Below are positions 1 to 9,283 of a stretch of DNA of 36,251 nt, piece by piece. The DNA is from Salisapilia sapeloensis CBS 127946 (Eukaryota; Protista; Oomycota): NCBI GenBank assembly GCA_023334545.1, contig JAADVB010000201.1, forward strand, positions 1-36,251. The letters are read 5' to 3'. The first letter of the stretch is position 1. The number at the start of each line of letters is the position of its first letter. The translations under genes were made by a program, and so were the position numbers. The notes under the pieces are model-generated. The model saw only the letters and a list, made by a program, of their open reading frames with translations. It ran no database searches and was not told the DNA's origin.

Positions 1-1390
1 CGCCCAGAGCTCCTCGTCCTCGCATGATGCCCGTGCATACGCTTCGGCAGTCCCGAGCACCAGCAGTGGCCACGCTATCAGCAGCACAACCTTCCGCTGG
101 AAATCAAAGTACCAGTCAACTGTCGACTTCTTCCAACCACTACTATATTCGCACACCACACTCGCTACGCCGCGTCGATGGACCTGTGCCACCACATGCA
201 CCCTTTAGCTCTAACGCACCACGTTTCAGATCACCACCTCCGCCACTGCCTCGCGGAAACTTTGTGCCCAACATTCGACCTCCGGCCTTTCGTCCGCCCC
301 GTCTTTCTCTATCGACGTTTCGCCCTCATCCGAAGCACATACCACCACCTTCTTCTGCCACGCAAGCTTCAAGCGGATGTAGAGTGGAGAAAGAGAACAC
401 GAATCCCAATGGGCTGATGGAAACCCAGAAAGACAAGTCGGTTTTCAAGTCATCAGGAGGAAGCGAGTTTGCCTCCCTTCATGCGAAAGGTGACGCTTGC
501 ATCGAGAAGGAAGCAAAGAGGTCCGTCTGGAGTGTAGACCCGGAAGAGCTGGACGAGATGATGGGGCTGCGCGAGGTGTGGAATCTGGAGCAGCAGCAGT
601 CCTGGAAGGACGTATTGACTGGAGACCATCCATCGGAAGGCGAGAATGGCATGGAAAGTAGTACGATTGAGAAGAAAGAGAAGGTCCGGTCGAAGCCTCG
701 TCGCAAGTACTATGCACTCCCCGTCTTGGATGTGGGGAAGAACGATATGTAGGCGTCTTTCGTAGCTTTCGATGTGAGGATGGAAGCCGTAGTCCTGACC
801 GGATGTACATAGAGAGGAGGACGACGACGAGATTTCCGACTTGAAGAGCGGGTGGGACGACAGTCTGCGTCTGCTTCTGAATCCAGAGTCACCCGAGTTC
901 GTTCCTGTGCCAATTCAAGAAGTACGTCCGATGCTTCAGTTGAATATACGAACAGAAGATGCATAACTATTGCCTTTAGACCAGCACGCAGCGACAACAG
1001 AGCGAAACACCTCCACACATGACTTGGTGGCCGGTACGTACTACCTTGATAGCGTGCTGTCAAGAGGACTGATGAGCATGTATCATTCGACAGGGCGACT
1101 GGGAATGCTGCAACTGTGGTACGTCTCGGAGGGAAAGGTAAGTGGACTTCTCGTGGCTCATCACTCCATGTCTGCATAGGTAACCACGTAAGTCGTGTCC
1201 GAGCATACTGCGTCCGCGGCTGGACTGATCTCATGCTATCCGTTTCTACTCGAATACAGAACTTCTCCTACAGGTGCGAATCCATCTCGTTCATCCATAC
1301 AAGGTCGACTTGCAGAGGATGAAATTCGATGATAGGGATCTATGCAAGCGCTGTCTGTGCAGTCGACCGTCCAAATCCAGCGCCGAGTAG
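1..1390 (+). CDS. 5'-partial Pro/Ser-rich protein with a PAM2-like motif and a C-terminal RanBP2-type zinc finger; exons <1-748, 813-921, 980-1033, 1094-1118, 1180-1187, 1260-1273, 1336-1390
   Basis: The frame is open from base 3, so the start may lie upstream. Six GT..AG introns (64, 58, 60, 61, 72, 62 nt; donors GTAGGC, GTACGT x3, GTAAGT, GTGCGA) join in frame to give ...WWPGDWECCNCGNHNFSYRDLCKRCLCSRPSKSSAE*. This matches the RanBP2 ZnF pattern W-x-C-x2-C-x3-N-x6-C-x2-C. Confidence 0.85.
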
Positions 1391-2741
1391 CAGCCGCGCT
1401 TTGTCTGGCGCTTTTTTATGAGACGAGGAGCAGTAGGACGATGAACTTGGTGGCGGCCGGAGATAGTAAAGCATTAATTTAGCAGTGGAAGCGATTAGGA
1501 TCATTTCGACGAGAGTGTGTATGTGCTGTTTTGTCTTTTAGGCGTTATGTCCGCAGCTTCCTATCTAGCTGGTGGTCCAAAAAGAGGAATCTACATGCAC
1601 ATCCTCGGCCGCCTTCATGTCCAGGTATGTCTACTTGAATGAGTGTTTCCAGTGATACGAGAGATTGCATCAAAGCACCAAGACTAGACATACACGAGTG
1701 AGTTCGTGGATTTTGGTCCATGTAAGCATACTGCAAACACGCGCAGTGCCCAATCTCTCTCATGCACTTGCTGATACGAATAAAGATCTACCCTATCTCG
1801 TCATCTTTCTGCTTCGTAAGGTCTTTTGGGCTCGATCGAGTTTCCATCCCCTTTAGCTCTCTGAACGACTCTAGCTGCATTTTATAGTTGCCCTATGTCA
1901 AAACCCAAGAGATGGCCTAGCTAAAACATCCTAAACAGCATTGAAGATTGAAACCGTTGGCAGTCTCGGGCTGGAAACTTGGGTTTCGTTGCACTCATTC
2001 GCATGTGCATCCCGATTTAGATCCAACACGTCTTTAATTGCAAGCAAGCGTCTTCCATGGGACTCGACAGACACACATTTGGCCAAGGCCCAGAGCTACG
2101 AAGTATACCGAAAGGATATTGGAAACCTCATTCGATAGCGATGAAACACACTATCTAGACCTCGAGGCTACCACGATATACCCTTGAAGTCTGCCGAAAG
2201 CATCAACTGGGATCGTCATAGAGATGGATGGATGGAGCTACAAAGTCGTTGGAACGAGGGAATTGGATTGTGTTGGCATGTTGATGCTGAGTGAAGTCTT
2301 GAACATGACTATTCAAGAGATGTAGCGTGCGACCGAGTACTATTTTCGGACGGGGCTTTGACATTGCAACGTGAAAGCATGAACATTAAGGTTGAGGATG
2401 ACTACTCATAAGTCATAACTCGGAAGATTTGGGAGCTACTTATTGATTATATAAGCGTTAATTACCATATATCGAGTGTCCAAAGCTTCAGATTTCACTT
2501 GGACATGAGACGAACAGATATAGTTCTACTGCTGCATGCCATTGAACTTCCATCGTGCTCGATTACTCTTGATCAACTTCTGATAATCACTAACTACGGA
2601 CATGAATTCGCTAGATAAAGAAGAGGTTTTCATGAACCTGTAAGTAAAGTAAGCGGTTGTTCTTAAATGGGAGTTTATTGCATACATACATCCGTGCCTT
2701 TATTCTTCGAGTAGGAAGCACATTTACGCTCCACTCTTTGC

Positions 2742-3146
2742 TCATAGCAACGCGTACGCAGCAGCTGAAACGGTTGCAAGAGTCACCGTCGACAGCACAT
2801 TTAACGCCATTGCAGCATCCGAGCCACTGTCATTGTCGCTCGATTCGACAGATCCAGCAGATCCTTCCATAGATTCGGACTCTCCGTCATCGGACCCAGT
2901 GTCTTCCACAGACTCTTCCGGCGCTTCCGTCGTCTCTCTTGGTGGCAAGGTTTGAATGGTAAAGTCCTGTCCGTCATCATCATCTCCCGCCTCCTCACCG
3001 GCACTGCTTCCCGAGTTGTCTGAGGACTCGAGTGCCCGACGCACAAGCGGTTGTGTATCCGACGTTACCAGTGCATGCGCGTTGTCGACCGAGAGCGCCG
3101 ACAATAGTGCCACAGCAAGGACCATCAAGACATTTAGACGAACCAT
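2742..3146 (-). CDS. Small secreted, probably GPI-anchored, Ser/Asp/Glu-rich surface protein (134 aa)
   Basis: First ATG is at 3146 (the track starts at GTG 3152). Hydrophobic signal peptide MVRLNVLMVLAVALLSALSVDNAHA, acidic low-complexity core, and SGSDAA followed by a hydrophobic C-terminal tail with no cytosolic extension. An Inr/FPR match lies just upstream. Confidence 0.8.
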   Translation of the reverse strand: MVRLNVLMVLAVALLSALSVDNAHALVTSDTQPLVRRALESSDNSGSSAGEEAGDDDDGQDFTIQTLPPRETTEAPEESVEDTGSDDGESESMEGSAGSVESSDNDSGSDAAMALNVLSTVTLATVSAAAYALL

Positions 3147-3170
3147 GTTCACGTGCGTACTCTTGCAAGC

Positions 3171-3184
3171 GAATGAGGAAATGA
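3171..3184 (-). promoter_or_regulatory. Oomycete Inr+FPR core promoter element
   Basis: Minus strand TCATTTCCTCATTC fits TCATTYBNNNWTTY, 25 nt upstream of the ATG at 3146. Confidence 0.55.
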
Positions 3185-3358
3185 GTCTAGTTCAAGTGTA
3201 TCAGCTCTGATCATCGATTCTCTCTCGCCGCCACCTGCTGCCCATCCATGGTGGTGGATGCCATACAAACTCAAAGAACAGCGGACACTCGTCTCCACTT
3301 TGTTCGCCACATGGCAACCGCTATGTCAATGGCACCGCCTCGTCTATTTCCAACTAGT

Positions 3359-5422
3359 CTATGGCACACGACCTGCTTTCAGATACGTTCGATATACGTC
3401 TCGCGCCCGCTCTACGTCGCCCAGGTTTCCACATGCCAGGATCATCCCATGACAAATCTCTTCCACGTCCTCTCTGCTCTCGCCTGATTTGATATCCGTC
3501 GCTTCGAATGCGTCATAGGCGAGAGATGCGCCGTCTCCACTGACATCAATCGCCTTCATGACCTTCTTCGTCCAGTTCACACGCAACTTCTTGACCTTGG
3601 CTACATCTCGTTCGTTCAAAGCAGTCTTGGCCATCTCTAATCGACCGCAGGATGTCGCATTCACAAGCACTTCCTTCACCAGCTGCGGCACTTGTCGAAC
3701 GGGCATGGCATCCTCCACTTCCAGCAGCGCTTGCCACGCAATTTCATCCGTCAACCTCGTGTCGGCACAAATCGTGTTGATGATTCGCGACTGGAGTTTC
3801 GGTACTTGGAATCGGTTCGCAGCTCCTCGATCCGACACGCCTCGAACCAAGTACACGAGTCGTATGCCGTCCTTGACGTCGACAAGGTAGTCGACCATTC
3901 CTAGGACGATGCCCCACTCCTGCGGTTTCCCACTATTGTCGACATTCTTCAAGAAAAGATCAATAGCTTCCTGCGGCTCTTGACGAAACAAGTACGCGTT
4001 CACACCCATGCGAATGGCCTGACGAGGCACATGATCCATGTGCTCAGCAGCAGATGCCATCATATCTGGCACTCGATCCAAGTCATTCAGGAGGACACAC
4101 GCAGTCAAGAGTCGAGGGAGGAGAGCTGCGTCCGACAAAGGCACTTCCTCCTCCTGCATCTGATCATACAGATGCAACACTGCCTCTGTCGCCTCATCCT
4201 CCTTCTCAAACTTCTCCGGATTATTCTCTCGCTGTACTAACCTCTTCTCCAGACGCCTGTACTGATCCTTTCGTACCTCGTACGCGTCTTTATTCACTTC
4301 CAACCCGTCTGCTTTCACAGCATCGTCTTTCAGACGCAAGTAGTACTTGGTATCAAACGCCGCGACGGCACTCCAGTAGTCCATCGGTCGCAGACGATAC
4401 CCCTGCATCCGCATCTCCTCCACGGCATCCAACGCTGCCTGTGTATTTTGGCAGATAGAAGCGACTTTCAGCATCAGCCGATAGAAATACATGTTTGACG
4501 CAGCGCCATCTTCCTTGACTTTTCGACCGAACTTTAATGCTTTTTTATAATTCTTCACATCGATCAGAGCTTTCAAGTATGTGGCGTTCATTGACGCAGT
4601 GGGCAAGATGCCCTGAGACACACACTTCTCATAGTACTTGAGTGCCACGCCGGGGTTCGTGTGCATTAGGAATGCACTCACAGCGAAAGAGTAGAACGTA
4701 CGCAAGTGACGACGAATGTCCACTTCTTGCTCGATCGGAAGGACGCTGCTGTGGGCTGGCAAGACGCCGTCCAGCGTCCGGACAAAGTCTTGTCGGTGCC
4801 GAACGACAGCTACAGCCATCTCGCCCTGCTGCGACTGAACCAACAATGCCATGGCTTCCTGCTCCGTCATCTGCGTCGCCATGTCATCGTAGCGCTTGGG
4901 CTGGTACTTTTGCGGTTCATGTCCGCTGGTCAGTCTCGTCAGTCGATCGCCGAGTTTGTGGTGTGACGCGAGAGCTGGATGGGCAGAGTATAGTGGCGCG
5001 TAGCAGTCGTACACAGCTTGGACGATGGCACTGTATTTGCCCTCTTTCTTGAGCTTTTGCATCCACACTTTTTTCTTCTCCATGTCATCACGCATCCGCT
5101 GCAATCGTTTCTCTAGCGCTGGTTCTCCATTCGATGGAGAAGACTCTGCAGGTCGATCTTTCTGGATCCACTGATCCATCGAGTCAAAATTCTCCGCCAC
5201 ATCTCCATTCTGTTCCTCTAGATCTTCCTCGTCCGTCACAAAAGCCTCTGAAATGGCAAAAATCGGCTTGTCATCGCTCGATCGCGTGGATAATGGCGCT
5301 TTTGCTTGACGGAATACATTCGGGTGGACCTGAAATGCTTTGTAGATATGTTTTTGATCTTGAAGTCCTCGAGATGCGTCCACAGGAAGGCGCACAAGCC
5401 GCTGTCGCACCACTCTTCGCAT
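3359..5422 (-). CDS. Pentatricopeptide-repeat (PPR) protein, probably mitochondrial (687 aa from ATG 5422)
   Basis: Three consecutive repeats at exact 35-aa spacing (FYSFAVSAF..LPTAS / MNATYLKAL..ASNMY / FYRLMLKVA..RLRPM / DYWSAVAAF) plus degenerate helical repeats. N-terminus MRRVVRQRLVRLP is Arg-rich and presequence-like. The track's extra 23 codons overlap the start of the neighbouring gene's region. Confidence 0.8.
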   Translation of the reverse strand: MRRVVRQRLVRLPVDASRGLQDQKHIYKAFQVHPNVFRQAKAPLSTRSSDDKPIFAISEAFVTDEEDLEEQNGDVAENFDSMDQWIQKDRPAESSPSNGEPALEKRLQRMRDDMEKKKVWMQKLKKEGKYSAIVQAVYDCYAPLYSAHPALASHHKLGDRLTRLTSGHEPQKYQPKRYDDMATQMTEQEAMALLVQSQQGEMAVAVVRHRQDFVRTLDGVLPAHSSVLPIEQEVDIRRHLRTFYSFAVSAFLMHTNPGVALKYYEKCVSQGILPTASMNATYLKALIDVKNYKKALKFGRKVKEDGAASNMYFYRLMLKVASICQNTQAALDAVEEMRMQGYRLRPMDYWSAVAAFDTKYYLRLKDDAVKADGLEVNKDAYEVRKDQYRRLEKRLVQRENNPEKFEKEDEATEAVLHLYDQMQEEEVPLSDAALLPRLLTACVLLNDLDRVPDMMASAAEHMDHVPRQAIRMGVNAYLFRQEPQEAIDLFLKNVDNSGKPQEWGIVLGMVDYLVDVKDGIRLVYLVRGVSDRGAANRFQVPKLQSRIINTICADTRLTDEIAWQALLEVEDAMPVRQVPQLVKEVLVNATSCGRLEMAKTALNERDVAKVKKLRVNWTKKVMKAIDVSGDGASLAYDAFEATDIKSGESREDVEEICHGMILACGNLGDVERARDVYRTYLKAGRVP

Positions 5423-5484
5423 CGTGTTTCGAATGGTGATCAAATACTTTACGTAATTTATTTCGTAAGAAATACACACAACAA

Positions 5485-5816
5485 ATGGCAAGCACCACGC
5501 AGGACGAGGACGACTGTCTCGGGTACTAGCACTCGCATCCTTATCGACACAGCAGCCTTCTCACTGACTATATATAACAGATGCCGACTCACAGGCACCA
5601 TCTCTCTACTAGGCGTCTCTGGCTACTTTTGGCACAGTGTACGTCTCCCCTTGTCAATCCCACCTTTCGCCACCTCATTCATAATTGCAGAGTCGGCAGC
5701 TCCCTCGTCGAGAGATCAACCAGCGACAGTGGCTACTATCCTGTGCTGGATTCTTTGCGATTGCAGGAATATGGAGAGCTACTACGGGTCTCATGGACCG
5801 TCCGAAGAAAGAATAA
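5485..5816 (+). CDS. DUF4536 / DMAC1(TMEM261)-like small two-TM protein, 73 aa; exons 5485-5522, 5581-5638, 5691-5816
   Basis: Two introns (58 nt GTACTA..CTGAC..ACAG; 52 nt GTACGT..GCAG) give MASTTQDEDDCLGCRLTGTISLLGVSGYFWHSSRQLPRREINQRQWLLSCAGFFAIAGIWRATTGLMDRPKKE*. It has the DCxxCR motif followed by two Gly-rich hydrophobic helices, as I recall for DUF4536. Confidence 0.8.
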
Positions 5817-5917
5817 AATGTATTCAAAATTCATTTCGCAATATAAAAAAGAAGAAACTTATAATCGTGTGCAGGAAGTCTACGCGGCGTCTTGATAACG
5901 CCTCACCCGTATCGTCC

Positions 5918-7186
5918 TTACGACAGTGGAAGTAGACTGCAGTGGAGGTTGGCTGGTCGATGCAGTCCGTCGTACACCATCGCGACAGACACAAACACCT
6001 AGATGAACGTTAGTCTCCAATCTACCTCTTATCACCACTAGTACATACCTTTCGACTGCCAGAGCGCGAGAGGTGCCACATCATCTTGCACTGAGCCGAA
6101 GCTGCTTCACACGCCAAGACCTTGTTCACGATGCCATACATCTTGGGCGCATCGTCCGACGTGCACATCGTGTAGAGGCTGTGCAGTCGAACTTCCTCCA
6201 AGTTCTTGCCACACAATTCCAAAAACAGCATATTCGCTTCTAAAATCGTTCCATCCAACTTGGCCACGAGACTCGGCATGCTCCCGTTCGTAAAGGCGTC
6301 ACGGTACGTCGCGCTGGACCCGTCGATGGTGTCCATCCGCGGAGACGATTCGCTCGGAAGAGGTGGGAAGGAGGCAAAGTCCAGGGGGAAGTTGTTCGCG
6401 AGCGACGGAACGGGCGACGGAAGGTTGTCGATCATGTATGGAATCCCGATCGTCGTGTTGGACGACGGAGTGCCCTTGTGCAGTGGTGGTGGCTGCATGG
6501 GCGTCGAAGTCGACTGGGTCGACAGGTCATCCGAGGAAGGCTGTTCGGACTTCAACGTACCAGCATCCTTTTGCTGGTTTTCTAGCGTCGTGAGGTACTC
6601 GAGCGTGGCTTGCAGGACGCTGTACTTGTCCTTCTTCGACAGCGAGTACCCTGCGACCTCCAGCTTTTGGCGTAGCATTTCGAACTGCTTACTGATGCGC
6701 AATATCCGACGTTGTTCTCGAAGATTGTGTCGCTGTTTCTTAGATAGGTCGTTGCAGTTTCCCGAGAAGGAGTCGTTCGGCGTCCGAGGCGTCGTCGGGG
6801 TCATCGGGAACGGACTCTCGCAGGAGGATTCGCTGCTATAGACAAATTGTAGTTAGTTTATAGGTACCTGATAACGACAGTTCCTTTGGACTAGTCGAAT
6901 GTATAGCATGTAGCTTTTAGTTGATCGAACGGATCGCATACCTAAACGACGGCGTCTGGTCGATAAGGTTTAGCTTGATGTGCATGGGGTAGGCCGTGGC
7001 GGATTCGTTTCGAGGGGAAATCGTAGAATAGGATATGTCGAGCGGGTTGCTGGAGGCGCCGGCGGGGGTCGAGTTCGCCAAGACGTCGCCGTAGTTGGGT
7101 CTGGGCGGCTCGGCCAGTGGGAGGTCGTTCGAGTAGCCGTGGTACGCGGCGTATGGCTGCTGAGGATTGCTCTGATGGGAGCTCAT
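5918..7186 (-). CDS. bHLH-PAS transcription factor (~370 aa); exons 7186-6942, 6835-6049, 5998-5918
   Basis: bHLH: KKQRHNLREQRRILRISKQFEMLRQKL..DKYSVLQATLEYLTTLE. PAS: AFTNGSMPSLVAKLDGTILEANMLFLELCG..., completed by exon 3 VFVSVAMVYDG..LHCSLLPLS*. Introns of 106 nt (GTATGC..CTAAC..TAG) and 50 nt (GTATGT..CTAAC..TAG) are frame-consistent. Confidence 0.85.
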
Positions 7187-8142
7187 ATTCGATCTCAATT
7201 GACGAGCTGGAAGGGGTGCGACACGACGAGAGGTGCGCTACTATAAGATGAAGGGGTTTATCGCGCAGCTGCCGCCTCGCGAGAAGAAAAGAAGGATGTT
7301 GGAAGAGGGGAGCGAGCTTGGTTGGTGATTGATTGTGGATTTAAGACCGAGTTGGGCTGATAATTTATCTTAAAATTTGTATGCAAGACGAGATCAGAAG
7401 CGTCGCCAGCTGGCTAAGAAAAGAATTAACGAGCTGGGAAGAAAAGAGTCTCAAGCGGCCAGATTTGCGCAATGGATTTTAGCGCTTGCACTTTCAAAGG
7501 TAGCAGACGAAAATGCATGCGCTGGTCAAGGTGTGCGCAGAGAAAGAGAGCTCGCAACAGCTTAAAGAAGGCCAAAAGAGGAAAACAAATTATCTTCTAT
7601 GACGTCAACAGAGGGCTTCACCCCTATCCTTCCCGCGACAAGATCGGTATCTGAAAGCAATCCGTTCGGTCCAATTATTAAGACACAACACTCATTCGAA
7701 AGCACGCACATCGCATCTGTCCATCCAAGTCAAAGGCTTCCTATTAAACCGATGGTCTTAGCTTCCCACGTACTCGATCAACTCAGGTCAATGAGAAACT
7801 AATCTCGCCAAAACACGAACCATGTCAGATGGGTACTTGACCTAGCAATACAAAGACTCTGTATACCACTTGCAACTACAGACACAAAGCGTCAATCAAC
7901 TTCTGAAGGGATTCCGGCTCCTTCGGCTCGTGAGGTCGGAGACTTTCGTCCTCCGCGATGGCGCAAGCCCCTTGCCATCCAAAAGTAATCGATTTGTGAT
8001 CAGCCATTGCACCTTCTCGTACATAGTCACTCTTTGAGCGTTCTTCTCTCTCTCGCTTAAATATTTCAACCACGTAAGTCGACACAATACACTCCTCATC
8101 CAGTCCACGAGCACTCTCTACTTTCATTTGCGGTCTGTAAGA

Positions 8143-8772
8143 ATGGGGTGCAAAGTGTCGACGGTCGTAGAGCCTAGTCAACAGTACCGCACGGCGGCCG
8201 TGCATGAAAGATATTGCCAGACTCGTGCTGCTACGCTCCACATGCGAGATCGTTTCCACTCGTACTCAGGCGACGATTTCGTTATCAAAGATGTGAACAC
8301 TCAATTGGACCGGTTTAAGGTGGCTGGTCGAGTCTTTACCACTGGCGACAAAAAATCTTTGCTCGATGCGAGGGACGACGCTTTCATCGCCAGTCTACGG
8401 GAGGATCTTCTAGCTTCTGCTCCTCGGTACTTTGTTTATCGTCGCGACCGATCAGAAAATGCTCTCTTCCAAATCGCTGTGCGCAATCATCGGTTGCATG
8501 GTGTCCGACTGCACGTTCACTTTGTTGAGTCCATTTCTGGTGAGCCGTGCCGAATAGGAATCGTTGGTAACTGGCGCAAACGCAGTGCCAAGATCTGGTT
8601 AAAGCGCGGAGAGCACGGGCGTCGAACAATAGTTGCAGAAGTGTCAAGACGATACGGCGAGCAGGAATTGGACAATCAAGAAGAATACTATGTAAGCGTT
8701 GTGCCAGGCTTCGACCTCGCACTCGTCGTCTTCCTCTGTGTCATCCTGGACGAACAGACGATGGAGAAGTAG
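8143..8772 (+). CDS. LURP-one-related / Tubby C-terminal-like (scramblase-fold) protein (209 aa)
   Basis: ATG 8143 gives MGCKVS. Family-like motifs LHMRDRFHSYSGDDFVIKD..FKVAGRVFTTGDKKSLLD near the start and YYVSVVPGFDLALVVFLCVILDE at the end. Confidence 0.8.
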   Translation: MGCKVSTVVEPSQQYRTAAVHERYCQTRAATLHMRDRFHSYSGDDFVIKDVNTQLDRFKVAGRVFTTGDKKSLLDARDDAFIASLREDLLASAPRYFVYRRDRSENALFQIAVRNHRLHGVRLHVHFVESISGEPCRIGIVGNWRKRSAKIWLKRGEHGRRTIVAEVSRRYGEQELDNQEEYYVSVVPGFDLALVVFLCVILDEQTMEK

Positions 8773-9283
8773 CTTTCCACTGCATCAGTGCAGTACATCA
8801 AATGGGCCCTACCACAAGGTAGTCGTCGTACTGCTCTGCATATTTGTCGAGTGGAGCAGCGGCGTTCGGTATAGTTAGCTGGCATAACTTCAAAAAATAA
8901 ACTAACATAAAAGTATATCTGAGGTCGGCGTTACAACAGTAGCGAATTGTAAGTTCATGACTTGAGCACTAATGTCTGATCGTCCAATTTTTATATTTTT
9001 TCGTCTTATAATCCAAAGCAGCTACCTCCGGAGGTAGCTATATAGAAATCTCGGATATTGATAATCCAAAAGGTCTGATAATGCTGCAGATCGGTGAAAA
9101 TAAGCGTGGACACAGTCTACGGATAACTTCAACGCGATCTACAAACTTTGAGTCCCCCTAATATAAATGAAAAACATATAACTATTCGTAAACAAAATAT
9201 TTTAGATGTGAATGAATAAATTTGTACTCTTCGTCTCCGCGTTCCTACTCGCCACGACATGAAGCTATCGTTACATTCTACAG

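Noticed and set aside
5306-5935. Track ORFs 5306-5935 and 5581-5895
   Set aside because: They are explained as unspliced read-through frames of the DUF4536-like gene.
6868-6890. Possible 23-nt microexon inside bHLH-PAS intron 1 (TAG..CAG|GTACCT)
   Set aside because: Including it breaks the frame with either downstream acceptor, and it would need a 32-nt intron. The single 106-nt intron is frame-consistent.
7876-8127. Minus-strand ORF (MKVESARG.., about 83 aa) abutting the LURP-one-like gene
   Set aside because: No motif, no splice support, and its start overlaps the neighbour's likely promoter.
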